64,000 nucleotides of DNA from Dehalococcoidia bacterium (GCA_963665775.2 CAXXTF010000002.1:1056001-1120000); one strand, 5' to 3'. Counted from the first letter of the stretch, positions 45,577 to 56,383 are shown. The notes: generated by a model not told the origin, from the sequence alone. Numbers and translations are program-made.

Positions 45577-47979
45577 ATGCCGGTAAAGACCAGGTCTCGG
45601 CCCCGCAGCGGGGCTGTTAGCTACCGATCCGGGCGCACTGGCCCGCGTCGCGTCTCTCGCCGCTCGTCCCCCCTGACCCGCCTGACACACTCCGCGCGGG
45701 TGCGACCACGGTATTGGCTGGGCGGAGCTGCCCTCCTCGCTCTAGCGGTGGCTATACTGCTCCTTAGGCCAACCATCATCGACGGCTTCGAGGAGGCCGT
45801 GAGCCTGTTCGGGCTGGGGCTGGCCCTGCTGGCCGTCGCCATCGCCGCCGACGTAAGACTAGCCCTGCGGCGACCGGCCCTCACCCGCACTTTCTGGCGG
45901 ACGTGGGCAGGGCTGCACCTGACCTTCTTCTTCGTGCTTGGGCTGGCGGCGTTCTTCAAGCCGGGGTGGCAGATCGGAGACGTCTCATTCTCGGAGGTGA
46001 GCGCCGGCGGCGACCTGGGCCGGCAGCTGGCGGGAAGCGTCCTGGGCATCCTGGGCTGGCTGGCTATAGGCCTGGCCAGCGTAAGCCTGATCTACCCACA
46101 AAGCATCCGCCTGGCCGGCCACGGCTCCCTCGCCAGCCTCAGGTATACCGTATCGTTGCGGATCCCGCAGCGCCTGGCCGGTGTCTTCCTGTCGTTCTTC
46201 ACCGCCCTTCTGCCCAAAGTTGAGGAAGAGACCGAGGCCATAAAGGAGCCTACCTACATCCCCCAGTGGGACGAGAAATGGGAGGAGAGCCCGCCTGCCG
46301 CGGAACCCGAGGAGTTTCCCGACTCTCCAGTCGCCACGGAGGAAACCACGGATCAGGAGGAAGGGGCGGAGCCCGTCCTGGCCGTCGGCAGGCCCGAAGA
46401 GGAGCCGGCCAACTTCCAGCCGGCGCTGCCCATGGGCCGCCCGGCCGGCAACCGCTGGGAGCTGCCGCCGTTGAAGCTGCTGACCGAAGCCGCCGAGATT
46501 GAGCTACGCCCCGTGGACAATGAGATCAAAGCCAAGCTTATCGTAGATACGCTCGCCTCTTTCGGGGTGAATGCCCGCGTAGTTAACATCAACCAGGGAC
46601 CGACGATCACCCAGTTCGGCATAGAGCCCGGATGGGAGACCAAGACCCGCGCCGTCGCCGTTCGCGACGAGAAGGGACGCCCCACCTATGACAGGGACGG
46701 CAAGCCAAAGATGCACACGGAGGTGGTCTCCCGAACCAGGGTGCGGGTAAGCCGGATCACGGGGCTAGCGAACGACCTATCGCTGGCGCTGGCCGCTCCC
46801 ACGATCCGTATCGAGGCGCCGGTGCCGGGCAAGCCCGTCGTCGGTATCGAGGTGCCCAACAACACCGCCTCCCTGGTCGCTCTACGCGGCGTCATCGAGC
46901 ACACGGCCTTCCAGAAGACCGTCGCCCGTACCACCCTCGCCATAGGGTTGGGCAAGGGAGTCTCCGGCGAGTCCATAGCGGCGGACCTGGCCAAGATGCC
47001 CCACCTGCTCGTGGCCGGCGCCACCGGCAGCGGCAAGAGCGTCTGCATCAACTCCATCATCGTCAGCTTGCTCCTGCACAACACACCGGAGCAGCTCCGT
47101 CTGGTCCTCATCGACCCCAAGCGGGTGGAGATGACCGCCCTCGCCCACATCCCGCACCTGGCCTTCTCCCGCGTCATCACCGACATCGAGGAGGTCCCCG
47201 GCGTCCTGCAGGCCGTGATCCACGAGATGGACAGCCGCTATCGAAGGTTCGCCAGCATGGGCGTCCGCAACATCGAAGCGCACAACAAGAGCCCTCGCGC
47301 TACCCACGAGCTGCCCTACTGGGTGGTCATTATCGATGAGCTGGCGGACCTTATGATGTCCGCGCCCTATCAGGTGGAACGTCAGATCTGCCGTCTGGCC
47401 CAGCTGGCCCGAGCGACCGGCATCCATCTGGTGATCGCCACTCAGCGCCCATCGGTGGACGTGGTGACGGGTCTCATCAAGGCTAACTTCCCTACCCGCA
47501 TCGCCTTCGCGGTCTCCTCCCAGGTGGATTCGCGCACCATCATCGACGGCGCCGGAGCCGAAAAGCTCCTGGGCCGCGGCGACATGCTGTTCATGCCCAC
47601 GGACGCCTCCAAGCCGCGGCGGCTCCAGGGCTCCTTTGTCTCCGATCAAGAGCTGGAGCGGGTCGTAGACTGGTGGACCAACGACCGCTTTCGCCACCTG
47701 CGGCCCGAGGCCATGGATCACCTTCTGCAGGAGGTTCAGGCTGAGGAGGACACGGGTTCGGCGACGGAGGATGACTCGCTGTATGAGTCCGCCAAGGAGC
47801 TGGCCACCCAGCACGCCCGTATCTCCACCTCGCTGCTGCAGCGCCGGCTGCACATCGGCTATCCGCGGGCGGCCCGCCTCGTCGATATGCTGGAGGAGGA
47901 AGGAGTCGTCTCAGCCTCCGAGGGAGGCCAGTCGCGCCAGGTCCTGATAACCCAGGACGACACCGAGCAGTTCGAGTAG
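45577..47979 (+). CDS. ftsK: DNA translocase FtsK
   Basis: N-terminal TM region, MPHLLVAGATGSGKS, IDELADLMM, ATQRPS, GAEKLLGRGDML, gamma domain LQRRLHIGYPRAAR. Confidence 0.96.
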   Translation: MPVKTRSRPRSGAVSYRSGRTGPRRVSRRSSPLTRLTHSARVRPRYWLGGAALLALAVAILLLRPTIIDGFEEAVSLFGLGLALLAVAIAADVRLALRRPALTRTFWRTWAGLHLTFFFVLGLAAFFKPGWQIGDVSFSEVSAGGDLGRQLAGSVLGILGWLAIGLASVSLIYPQSIRLAGHGSLASLRYTVSLRIPQRLAGVFLSFFTALLPKVEEETEAIKEPTYIPQWDEKWEESPPAAEPEEFPDSPVATEETTDQEEGAEPVLAVGRPEEEPANFQPALPMGRPAGNRWELPPLKLLTEAAEIELRPVDNEIKAKLIVDTLASFGVNARVVNINQGPTITQFGIEPGWETKTRAVAVRDEKGRPTYDRDGKPKMHTEVVSRTRVRVSRITGLANDLSLALAAPTIRIEAPVPGKPVVGIEVPNNTASLVALRGVIEHTAFQKTVARTTLAIGLGKGVSGESIAADLAKMPHLLVAGATGSGKSVCINSIIVSLLLHNTPEQLRLVLIDPKRVEMTALAHIPHLAFSRVITDIEEVPGVLQAVIHEMDSRYRRFASMGVRNIEAHNKSPRATHELPYWVVIIDELADLMMSAPYQVERQICRLAQLARATGIHLVIATQRPSVDVVTGLIKANFPTRIAFAVSSQVDSRTIIDGAGAEKLLGRGDMLFMPTDASKPRRLQGSFVSDQELERVVDWWTNDRFRHLRPEAMDHLLQEVQAEEDTGSATEDDSLYESAKELATQHARISTSLLQRRLHIGYPRAARLVDMLEEEGVVSASEGGQSRQVLITQDDTEQFE

Positions 47980-47998
47980 CACCAGCACCGGCGATCCC

Positions 47999-50065
47999 CT
48001 AGCGCCGGCGATGGGGGCGAGCGTGCGTGCTCTGCCGCATCTCCGAGATGTAGCTCAGCCCCTCTTCATCGCCGACCAGCTCGCGCCGCAGCTCGACGAT
48101 GCGATCCCGGAGAAGCGCCGCCTTCTCGAACTCCAGGTTGCGGGCGGCGTCCTTCATCTGCTTCTCCAACTCCTTGACCAGCCGCGCGATCTCGTCCTTG
48201 GGAATGGGCCCGGTAACGTAGTCCGGCCGCTCCTCCGCCACCTGACGGACCCGGTCCGTTATGTCCCGAACCGCCTTATGAATCCCCTCCGGCTGAATGC
48301 CGTGGCGCTGGTTGTGCTCCTCCTGGAGGCGCCGCCGCCGCTCCGTCTCGTCGATGGCGCGGCGCATCGAATCGGTGACCCTATCACCGTACATTATGGC
48401 GCGGCCGCTGACGTGGCGGGCGGCGCGGCCCATGGTCTGGATCAGCGACCACTCTGAGCGCAGGTAGCCCTCCTTATCGGCGTCCAGAATGGCTACGAGG
48501 CTCACCTCCGGCAGGTCCAGCCCCTCCCGCAGCAGGTTGATCCCCACGACGACGTCGTATACGCCCAGGCGAAAGTCCCGCAGGATCTCCACCCGCTCCA
48601 GGGTCTGGATCTCGGAGTGAAGGTAGTGGGTCTTGACCCCCATCTCGATCAGGTAGTCGGCCAGGTCCTCGGCCATCTTCTTGGTCAAGGTGGTCACCAG
48701 CACCCGCTCGCCACGTTCGGCGCGCTCCCGAATCTCGTCCAGCAGGTCGTCGACCTGACCCGCGGTGGGCCGGACCTCGACGACGGGGTCGAGGAGGCCG
48801 GTGGGGCGGATAATCTGCTCGACGATCTGCTCGCTGTGCTCATGCTCCCAGGGGCCGGGCGTAGCCGAGACGTAGATTACCTGCCTGACGTGAGCAAGAA
48901 ACTCGTCGAAGTTCAGAGGGCGATTGTCCAACGCCGAGGGTAGGCGAAAGCCGTAGTCCACCAGCGTCCGCTTGCGGGAGATGTCGCCGTGGAACATGCC
49001 GCGGATCTGGGGAACGGCCATGTGCGACTCGTCGATAAACAGAAGGAAGTCGTCCGGGAAGTAATCCAGGAGAGTCCAGGGCTGCGAGCCGCAGGCTTCG
49101 GCGATACCGTTGCCGGTGCGGTGTCGCCGCGCCAGGTGGCAGGAGTAGTTCTCGATGCCGGAGCAGTAGCCCTGCTCCCGCAGCGACTCCATATCGTAGC
49201 GGGTGCGCTCCAGCAGCCGCTGCGCCTCCACGAGCTTGCCCCGCTCCTGGAGCCAATCGCACCGCTCCGCCAGCTCCGTCTCGATGTCGGCGATTGCGAC
49301 CTCCAGCTTTTCCTGAGAGGTGACGAAGTGCTTGGCGGGATAGATATCGATGGCGTCCATCTCGGCCAGGACCTCGCCCGTAAGGGGATCGAGCTGGAGG
49401 ATGCGCTCCACCTCGTCGCCCCAGAAGTCGATGCGGACGGCCAGCTCCTCGTAGGCCGGCAGGATCGTGAGGCTATCGCCGCGCAGGCGGAAGCGGCCGC
49501 GCACCAGGTTCTGGTCGTTGCGCTCGTACTGCATGTCGACGAGGCGGCGGAGGGCGCGCTGGCGGTTGATCGCCCCGCCCTTCTTGAAGCTGAGGACGAA
49601 CTTGTAGTACTCGGAGGGCTCGCCCAGGCCGTAGATGCAGGAGACGGAGGCGACGATGACGATGTCACGACGCTCGAAGAGGGCGCGGGTAGCGGCATGA
49701 CGCAGCTTGTCGATCTCCTCGTTGATGTCGGCATCCTTGGCGATGTAGGTGTCGCTGCGGGGGATATAGGCCTCCGGCTGGTAGTAGTCGTAGTAGGAGA
49801 CGAAGTACTCCACGGCGTTCTCGGGGAAGAACTCGCGGAACTCGGCGTAGAGCTGGGCGGCGAGGGTCTTGTTGGGGGAGATGACGAGGGCGGGGCAGCC
49901 GTAGTGGGCGATGACGTTCGCCATGTTGAATGTCTTGCCGCTACCGGTGACGCCCAGGAGCGTCTGGTGCTTCTGACCGGCCTCCAGCCCCTGGAGGAGC
50001 TTATCGACGGCCTGCGGCTGGTCGCCGGTCATCTGGTAGTCAGAGACGAGGTGGAAGTCGGTCAT
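47999..50065 (-). CDS. uvrB: Excinuclease ABC subunit B
   Basis: [51 protein letters not shown] domain. Confidence 0.97.
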   Translation of the reverse strand: MTDFHLVSDYQMTGDQPQAVDKLLQGLEAGQKHQTLLGVTGSGKTFNMANVIAHYGCPALVISPNKTLAAQLYAEFREFFPENAVEYFVSYYDYYQPEAYIPRSDTYIAKDADINEEIDKLRHAATRALFERRDIVIVASVSCIYGLGEPSEYYKFVLSFKKGGAINRQRALRRLVDMQYERNDQNLVRGRFRLRGDSLTILPAYEELAVRIDFWGDEVERILQLDPLTGEVLAEMDAIDIYPAKHFVTSQEKLEVAIADIETELAERCDWLQERGKLVEAQRLLERTRYDMESLREQGYCSGIENYSCHLARRHRTGNGIAEACGSQPWTLLDYFPDDFLLFIDESHMAVPQIRGMFHGDISRKRTLVDYGFRLPSALDNRPLNFDEFLAHVRQVIYVSATPGPWEHEHSEQIVEQIIRPTGLLDPVVEVRPTAGQVDDLLDEIRERAERGERVLVTTLTKKMAEDLADYLIEMGVKTHYLHSEIQTLERVEILRDFRLGVYDVVVGINLLREGLDLPEVSLVAILDADKEGYLRSEWSLIQTMGRAARHVSGRAIMYGDRVTDSMRRAIDETERRRRLQEEHNQRHGIQPEGIHKAVRDITDRVRQVAEERPDYVTGPIPKDEIARLVKELEKQMKDAARNLEFEKAALLRDRIVELRRELVGDEEGLSYISEMRQSTHARPHRRR

Positions 50066-50165
50066 GGCTACCTCAATTGTAGCGCGTTTGCGGCCTCGCT
50101 TGTCAGGCCCTACGGCGCACGGTATCATTGCCCCATCGTAAGAGACGGAATCATCGGGAGGGCCC

Positions 50166-50693
50166 ATGCGCATCGGCCTCATCTCTGACACCCACATCCC
50201 TTCATTTGGACGTGAGCTCTGGCCCCAGGTCTACGAGGCGTTCCGCGGCATGGACCTGATCATGCACGCCGGTGACCTGTACATCCCGGCGGTGCTGGAC
50301 TGGCTGGCCGAGGTAGCGCCAGTCGTCGCCGTCAGCGGCAACGGCGACTACGTGAGCTGGAAAAACGGCAAGGAGGTGCTGGACCCCCGTCTGCCGGAGA
50401 CGCAGTTGCTGGAGATCGAGGGGCTCCGGATCGGACTGATCCACCAGCTAGAGCCAGAGAGCCCGCTCTTCGGCACCTGGGAGCGCACCATCGAGCACTA
50501 CTTCGGCGAGCCGCCGGACGTCATCGTTGCCGGCCATACGCACGTGGAGGAGATAAGGACCCACGAGGGCGTGCTCCTGGTGAATCCCGGCAGCCCAACG
50601 CTCCCACATAACCGGCAACCCCGCCTGGGGACCGTCGGATTCCTGGAGATCGAGGGGGGGCGTGCGCGTCCCTCCCTTCTGCAGCTATCGTAG
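50166..50693 (+). CDS. YfcE-like metallophosphoesterase
   Basis: ISDTH, HAGD, GNGD, GHTH, NPGS. Confidence 0.9.
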   Translation: MRIGLISDTHIPSFGRELWPQVYEAFRGMDLIMHAGDLYIPAVLDWLAEVAPVVAVSGNGDYVSWKNGKEVLDPRLPETQLLEIEGLRIGLIHQLEPESPLFGTWERTIEHYFGEPPDVIVAGHTHVEEIRTHEGVLLVNPGSPTLPHNRQPRLGTVGFLEIEGGRARPSLLQLS

Positions 50694-50780
50694 GGAACGG
50701 GCCAGCGCCACCTTCTCCCCTCGGCACCGCCTGAAAGACGAGAGGCGTACGGCTGATGAGCCTGTTACAGACCGCCAGGA

Positions 50781-52055
50781 ATGACGCCCGTGGAAGGGAT
50801 TGACCTCGCCGCCCTGCGGGATATCTGCTCGCAACCATACGGCTTCTGGCTGGACAGCGCCCTGACCGGCGGCCGCCTGGGCCAGCGCTCGTTCTGGGGC
50901 GCAGACCCTGATCTCGTGCTTCGCTCCTGGGGAGAGCGCATAGAGATCGAACGCTGTCGCGGCGTCACGGAGCGGTTCGAAGGCGACCCGTTCGACGTGC
51001 TGAGGGCGTTGCTGGCGGAGCGCACACAGGCGCCCGGCGGGGCCGCCGTCGGCTACCTCGGCTACGGGCTGAAACGCCACATCGAGCGCCTTCCCGATAC
51101 CGTCCTCGACGACCTGCGCCTTCCGGACTGCCACCTGGCGTTCTACGACCGGGTGCACCCGTTTGACCCTCGCCCGCTCTCCCCGCCGGCAGCGAGCCCG
51201 GGCCCGCCGGCCCAGTTCGAGGGGCTGCGCTCTACGTTCACCCGGGAGGAGTACGAGGCGGCGATCCGGCGGGCGCTCGCCTACATCCGGGCGGGCGACA
51301 TCTACCAAGTGAACCTCTCGCAGCGCTTCCAGGCTCCCTGCGGCGGCAACCCCTTCGATACGTACCTGGCCCTGCGCTCCCAGTCCCCAGCCCCCTTCGG
51401 CGCTTACCTCTCGTACCCTGGCTTCGCCGTCCTGTCATCGTCGCCGGAGCGCTTCCTGCGCTATCAGCCGCAAGGCAGCCTGGTGGAGACGCGGCCGATC
51501 AAGGGTACACGCCCGCGCGGGGCCGACCCGAGGTCCGATCGTGCCCTAGCCGGAGAGCTCTTGGCCAGCGCCAAGGACCGGGCCGAGAACGTCATGATCG
51601 TGGACCTGGAGCGGAACGACCTGGGAAGGGTGGCGGCGGTGGGAAGCGTGGTTGTCACCGGCCTCTGTGAGCTGGAGACGTACGCCACGGTCCATCACCT
51701 CACGTCGACCGTGCAGGCCCGCCTGAGTGCGGAACGGGATATCGTCGACCTGCTGCGGGCGACGTTTCCGGGCGGCTCCATCACGGGAGCGCCCAAGATC
51801 CGGGCTATGGAGATCATCGACGAGCTGGAACCGGTGGCCCGCGGCCTCTACACCGGCGCCATCGGCTACGTCGCCTTCGACGGCTCCCTGGACCTGAACG
51901 TCGCCATCCGGACGATGGTCGTAAAGGACGGCGTCGCCTCGTTTCATGTGGGCGGCGGCATCGTCGCCGACTCGGACCCGGCGCAGGAGTTCGAGGAGAC
52001 GCTGCACAAAGGTGCAGCCATGACCCGAGTCCTGGTAGGCGAGGGCGGACCATGA
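50781..52055 (+). CDS. pabB: Aminodeoxychorismate synthase component I
   Basis: GDIYQVNLSQR, SSSPERF, PIKGT, AENVMIVDLERNDL, FPGGSITGAPK, GGGIVADS. Confidence 0.9.
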   Translation: MTPVEGIDLAALRDICSQPYGFWLDSALTGGRLGQRSFWGADPDLVLRSWGERIEIERCRGVTERFEGDPFDVLRALLAERTQAPGGAAVGYLGYGLKRHIERLPDTVLDDLRLPDCHLAFYDRVHPFDPRPLSPPAASPGPPAQFEGLRSTFTREEYEAAIRRALAYIRAGDIYQVNLSQRFQAPCGGNPFDTYLALRSQSPAPFGAYLSYPGFAVLSSSPERFLRYQPQGSLVETRPIKGTRPRGADPRSDRALAGELLASAKDRAENVMIVDLERNDLGRVAAVGSVVVTGLCELETYATVHHLTSTVQARLSAERDIVDLLRATFPGGSITGAPKIRAMEIIDELEPVARGLYTGAIGYVAFDGSLDLNVAIRTMVVKDGVASFHVGGGIVADSDPAQEFEETLHKGAAMTRVLVGEGGP

Positions 52056-52903
52056 CGTGGGTGTATCTGGACGGCGCCTACCTTCCCGCAAGGGATGCGA
52101 AGGTGGCCGCCAGCGACGCCGGGCTCCTCTACGGCCGCGGCCTGTTCGAGACGTTCCGGGCGCGGCGCGGGGCCGTCTACCGGCTGGAACACCACTTCCA
52201 GCGGCTACAGACGGGAGCGCAGGTCCTGGAGATCACGCTGCCGCTGGCGCTGGCGGAGCTGCGGGTCGCCGTGCGCGATCTCGCTGACCGATGCGGTCTG
52301 GAGGACGCCCGTGTGCGGCTGACGCTGACTGCCGGCCCTTCGACGGGGGTCATGCCAGGCCCCGAGGGCGGGCAGCCCTCGCTCCTCATGCAGGCGCGGG
52401 CACCCACAGAGTATCCGCCGGCGCTGTACGAGCGGGGCATGTCGGCGATTATGGTATCGGTCCGGCGCAACGAGACATCGCCCCTGAGCCGGGTGAAGTC
52501 GCTGAACTGTCTGGATAACCTGCTGGCCAGGGAGGAGGCTCAGCGCGCCGGCGCGACCACGGCCGTCCTGCTGAACACGCGCGGCAGGCTTGCGGAGGGC
52601 TGCACGGCCAACCTCTTCCTGATCCGGGACGGCGACTTACTGACGCCACCGGTAGAGGACGGCGCCCTGCCGGGCATCACCCGCGGCGCCGTGCTGGAGC
52701 TGGCCCGCGCGAACGGGATCAGCGCGCGAGAGGCCTCGCTGTCCCTGGATGACCTGCGAGAGGCCGAGGAGACGTTCCTCACCGGCGCCGTGATGGGGGT
52801 GATGCCCCTGGTGTCGGTGGACGCAGCGAAGGTGGGCTCCGGCCAGCCAGGGCCACTGACGGGCCGGCTCAGGGCGCTCTACGAGACGGCAGCGAGGGGT
52901 TGA
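52052..52903 (+). CDS. pabC: Class IV PLP enzyme, probably 4-amino-4-deoxychorismate lyase
   Basis: YGRGLFETFR, KSLN, EGCTANLF, LPGITR; translationally coupled to pabB. Confidence 0.75.
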   Translation: MTWVYLDGAYLPARDAKVAASDAGLLYGRGLFETFRARRGAVYRLEHHFQRLQTGAQVLEITLPLALAELRVAVRDLADRCGLEDARVRLTLTAGPSTGVMPGPEGGQPSLLMQARAPTEYPPALYERGMSAIMVSVRRNETSPLSRVKSLNCLDNLLAREEAQRAGATTAVLLNTRGRLAEGCTANLFLIRDGDLLTPPVEDGALPGITRGAVLELARANGISAREASLSLDDLREAEETFLTGAVMGVMPLVSVDAAKVGSGQPGPLTGRLRALYETAARG

Positions 52904-53868
52904 TCGTGCCAGACGAACATACACTCCTGCCATCCGATCTCGCGAGCCTCCCAAAGGCCGAGGTGCATATTCATCTCGAGGGCGCTGTGCGCCCAGCAAC
53001 GCTCGAAGAGTTCTGCACCCGCACTGGCCTGAGTGTTCCCAGATCGTTCACAGACCTGGATAGCTTCGTTCACCTTTATGAAACCGCTTGGCAGGCGATG
53101 GCCTCGCCGGGGGACTATGCCCGCCTCGTGCGCGAGTATTGCCAAGACGCCGCCCGCGCTGGCGTGCGGTACGCCGAACTTGAGTTGACGCCCACCGGCC
53201 GGACGTTCGACTGCCTTCAGGAAGCTGTCGAGGCGGCGGCACGGCAGCGCGACGTGTCTGTTCGATTCATCGTCGAGGTATCACGCCACCTTCCGGTCGA
53301 CGACGGCTGGGAGATACTGGAGACAGCAAAGGACACACCGGAGGTCATTGGTGTCGGGCTGGGCGGCCGGGAGGATGGCTTCCCGCCAGATACCTTCCGC
53401 GATTTGTTTGCAGAAGCACGTCGTCGCGGCCTCCATGTCGTGCCCCATGCGGGGGAAGACGCTGGCCCAGAATCGATCCGTGAGGCACTGTCAGCCCTAC
53501 AGGCAGAGCGTATTCAACACGGCGTTCGGGCTGTCGACGACCCGGTGCTTGTCACAGAACTCGCCTCACGCCACATCCCGCTGGCGGTCTGTCCCACATC
53601 CAACTTGCGGCTCGGCGTAGTGCCCTCGCTCGACGAGCACCCTCTGCCGCAGCTTTGGGACGCAGGAGCCCTGGTATCCGTCAACACCGATGACCCAGGC
53701 TTATTCGGCTGCGATCTGGTCGATGAATATGCGATCGCCGGTCGCTTGCTCCATCTCGATCGCCAGGGCTATGCCCAGCTAGCGCTGAACTCAGTCGAGA
53801 GCTCCTTTGCGCCAGACACGCTGAAGGCGGAGATGATAGTCGCCATCGACGACTGGGCAAACCGGTGA
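52900..53868 (+). CDS. add: Adenosine/adenine deaminase
   Basis: LPKAEVHIHLEG, HAGE, RIQHG, CPTSN, NTDDPG. Confidence 0.9.
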   Translation: MIVPDEHTLLPSDLASLPKAEVHIHLEGAVRPATLEEFCTRTGLSVPRSFTDLDSFVHLYETAWQAMASPGDYARLVREYCQDAARAGVRYAELELTPTGRTFDCLQEAVEAAARQRDVSVRFIVEVSRHLPVDDGWEILETAKDTPEVIGVGLGGREDGFPPDTFRDLFAEARRRGLHVVPHAGEDAGPESIREALSALQAERIQHGVRAVDDPVLVTELASRHIPLAVCPTSNLRLGVVPSLDEHPLPQLWDAGALVSVNTDDPGLFGCDLVDEYAIAGRLLHLDRQGYAQLALNSVESSFAPDTLKAEMIVAIDDWANR

Positions 53869-53875
53869 GCCGCTC

Positions 53876-54466
53876 CTATTCCTCACCCGCTCTCGCTCGC
53901 CCGAAGTAGCTCAGGGCCAGGCGCACCTTCTCCTCCACCGGAGCGTCCGGCGGCAGGTCGCTCTTGGCCACGGCCTCCAGCGCCTCGGCCTGGGAGTAGC
54001 CGAGGCCGATGAGAGCGGAGACGACCTCGGACTCCTCGCCGGGTAGGGCCGTCGGCACCCCTGAGACCAGCTTGTCGCGGAGATCGAGGACGATGCGGCC
54101 GGCCAGCTTCTGACCGACGCCCGACGCTCGGGCCAGGGCAGCGGTGTTGCCGGAGGCGATTGCATAGGAGAGCTCATCGACGGTCATGACAGAGAGTAGA
54201 GCCAGGGCGGCCTTGGGACCGACGCCGTTGACGCCCACGAGGGCCTGAAAGAGCCGCTGCTCGTCGGCTGAGGAGAAGCCGTAGAGGGTCATGCCGTCCT
54301 CGCGGACGACCAGGTGGGTGTGTAGAGTGACCTCGGCGCCGCTGCGGGCGTGGGCGAGGGTGCCGCTGGGACCGTAGACGAGGAAGCCGACACCGCCGAC
54401 ATCGACGATAATCCAGTCGGGCCCGCGCTCGATGACGGCGCCTCTGAGGCGGGCGATGGGGCTCAT
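53876..54466 (-). CDS. ruvA: Holliday junction branch migration protein RuvA
   Basis: DVGGVG, VRED...LYGF, GVGPKAAL, ALIGLGY. Confidence 0.95.
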   Translation of the reverse strand: MSPIARLRGAVIERGPDWIIVDVGGVGFLVYGPSGTLAHARSGAEVTLHTHLVVREDGMTLYGFSSADEQRLFQALVGVNGVGPKAALALLSVMTVDELSYAIASGNTAALARASGVGQKLAGRIVLDLRDKLVSGVPTALPGEESEVVSALIGLGYSQAEALEAVAKSDLPPDAPVEEKVRLALSYFGRARAGEE

Positions 54467-54468
54467 GG

Positions 54469-54972
54469 CTACACCTCGACGAGGTTAGCGCGGCGGCGCA
54501 GGCAGTGGCAGAGGGCGACGGCCAGGGCGTCGGCGGCATCGGGCGGCTCGGGCGTCTCCTGGAAGTCGAGGAGGGCTCGCACCATCGCCTGGACCTGCTC
54601 CTTGCTGCCGCGGCCGTAGGAGGTGACGAACTGCTTCACCTCCAGGGGCTTATACAGGGAGACGGGGAGACCAGCCTCAGCGGCGGCCAGGAGGGCCATC
54701 GCGCGTGCCTCGCCAACGGCGACGGCGGCGCGGACATGGCCGACGATGAAGTCCTCAACCGCCACCTCGTCCGGCTTCCAGGCGCGGATGACGCCGGCAA
54801 GCGCCTCGTGTATGCGATGAAGCCGCTGCTCGCGGGGAAGACGGGCGCTGGTGCTGACGGCGCCGAACTCCAGGGAGCGCTGGGAGCCGCCCTGAGTGAG
54901 GACGAGCCCATAGCCGGTGACGGCGAGGCCGGGGTCGACCCCCAGAACGGTGAGCCCGCGCTGGTCTGACAC
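54469..54972 (-). CDS. ruvC: Crossover junction endodeoxyribonuclease RuvC
   Basis: LGVDPG, VAVE, KEQVQAMV, DAADALAVALCH. Confidence 0.95.
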   Translation of the reverse strand: MSDQRGLTVLGVDPGLAVTGYGLVLTQGGSQRSLEFGAVSTSARLPREQRLHRIHEALAGVIRAWKPDEVAVEDFIVGHVRAAVAVGEARAMALLAAAEAGLPVSLYKPLEVKQFVTSYGRGSKEQVQAMVRALLDFQETPEPPDAADALAVALCHCLRRRANLVEV

Positions 54973-54986
54973 GGGCAGCAGGCCCG

Positions 54987-55742
54987 CTAGCGGGCGGCGT
55001 ACTCCATGAGGACCGCTTCCGGAAAGTCGGCGTTAGAGTACACCTTCTGGACGTCGTCCAGCTCTTCGATCTGGTCCAGCAGCCTAAGCGCCTGGGCGGC
55101 CGCCTGCTCGTCCAAGGTCACCGTGGTCTTGGCAAGTTGGGAAAGCTCAGCGGAGGTCGCGGCAAGACCAGCCTCCTGGAGCTGGCGGCGCACCTTATCT
55201 AGCTCCGTCGGGGGGGTGTACACCTCGACGAGATCCCCCTCGACGTGAACGTCCTCGGCGCCGGCATCGATGGCCGCGAGAGCGATCTCTTCCGGGTCTG
55301 CCTCGTCGGCCACCTCCAGGGCGATCACGCCTTTGCTCTCGAACTGCCAGGCCACGCTGCCGGACTCGCCCAGATTGCCGCCGCCGCGATTTAGCGTGGT
55401 GCGGAGCTCGGAGACGGTGCGGTTTCGGTTGTCCGTGAAGACCTGGACGAGGATGGCGACACCGCCGGGGCCGTATCCCTCGAAGGTAATCTCCTGGAGA
55501 GCGGCGCCCTCGCCCCCACCCACACCACGCTCGACGGCGCGCTTGATCGTGTCGGCGGGCATATTGCTCTCGCGTCCCTTGTCGATGGCGAGGCGGAGGC
55601 GCGGGTTCATGGCGGGGTCGCCACCGCCCTCACGGGCGGCGACGGAGATCTCGCGGGAGAGCTTGGTGAAGAGCGTGCCGCGCTTGACATCGGAGGCACC
55701 CTTCTGCCGCTTGATCTGGGACCAGTGAGAGTGTCCGCCCAT
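54987..55742 (-). CDS. yebC: YebC/PmpR family protein
   Basis: MGGHSHWSQIKRQKG, EGYGPGG, TDNRNRT, ELDDVQKVYSN; promoter TTGACC-N18-TAAGAT at 55755-55784. Confidence 0.95.
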   Translation of the reverse strand: MGGHSHWSQIKRQKGASDVKRGTLFTKLSREISVAAREGGGDPAMNPRLRLAIDKGRESNMPADTIKRAVERGVGGGEGAALQEITFEGYGPGGVAILVQVFTDNRNRTVSELRTTLNRGGGNLGESGSVAWQFESKGVIALEVADEADPEEIALAAIDAGAEDVHVEGDLVEVYTPPTELDKVRRQLQEAGLAATSAELSQLAKTTVTLDEQAAAQALRLLDQIEELDDVQKVYSNADFPEAVLMEYAAR

Positions 55743-55906
55743 GGTTTCGCAGGTATCTTACCGCGAGGCGAGAGGGCGGGTCAAAGCGGAAGAGGCGACG
55801 CGGGCCGGGACGAGGTGCGCGGTTACACGGGGCGGTATATCATTGAGCGAGCCGCCCAGCCTCATCGAGGCGCTACACCTAAGCGGTAAGCTGAGGGGTA
55901 AGCGAC

Positions 55907-56383
55907 ATGATCACGTTTGACGAGGGCAAGGCGAGGTTCAACTACCGCGTGGTGGGGATCGCCCTGGATGGCAGCCGGGTGCTGCTGCACAGAGCGGACT
56001 GGGAAAGGTTCTGGTATCTGCCGGGAGGTCGAGGAGAGCTGCTGGAGCCCGCCCGAGAGACGCTAAAGAGGGAGATGCGCGAGGAGCTAGGCGTGGAGAT
56101 CGAGGTCGGGCGGCTGGTGTGGGTGGCCGAAAACTTCTTCGAGCATGAAGAGAAGTCCTACCACGAGCTGGGTTTCTACTTCCTGATGACGCTTCCGGAC
56201 GGCTCAGGTCTCCGCCGGAAGGATGAGTTCGTGGGGGACGAAGAGGGCGTCAAGCTGATCTTCAAGTGGTTTCCGATCGATGAACTCGAAGGTGTCCCGC
56301 TCTATCCCGCGTTCTTGCGAGAGGGGCTCAGGTCGATCCCTCAAAGCACAGAACACGTGGTGTACACAGATGTCATCAAGTGA
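55907..56383 (+). CDS. NUDIX hydrolase
   Basis: LPGG...E...LKREMREELG Nudix box. Confidence 0.9.
   Translation: MITFDEGKARFNYRVVGIALDGSRVLLHRADWERFWYLPGGRGELLEPARETLKREMREELGVEIEVGRLVWVAENFFEHEEKSYHELGFYFLMTLPDGSGLRRKDEFVGDEEGVKLIFKWFPIDELEGVPLYPAFLREGLRSIPQSTEHVVYTDVIK

Noticed and set aside
46620-46745. Insertion in the FtsK alpha domain (and the DnaG TOPRIM insertion near 28730-28860) as inteins or repeat elements
   Set aside because: Too short, no intein terminal residues and no nucleotide palindrome; most likely lineage-specific loops.
50715-50780. Hammerhead ribozyme suggested by GAAA...CTGATGA
   Set aside because: Stems I and III cannot be formed in the required arrangement around the core.
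52900-53868. add as part of a genomic island
   Set aside because: Codon usage looks slightly different, but it is a single gene overlapping pabC with no mobility signatures.
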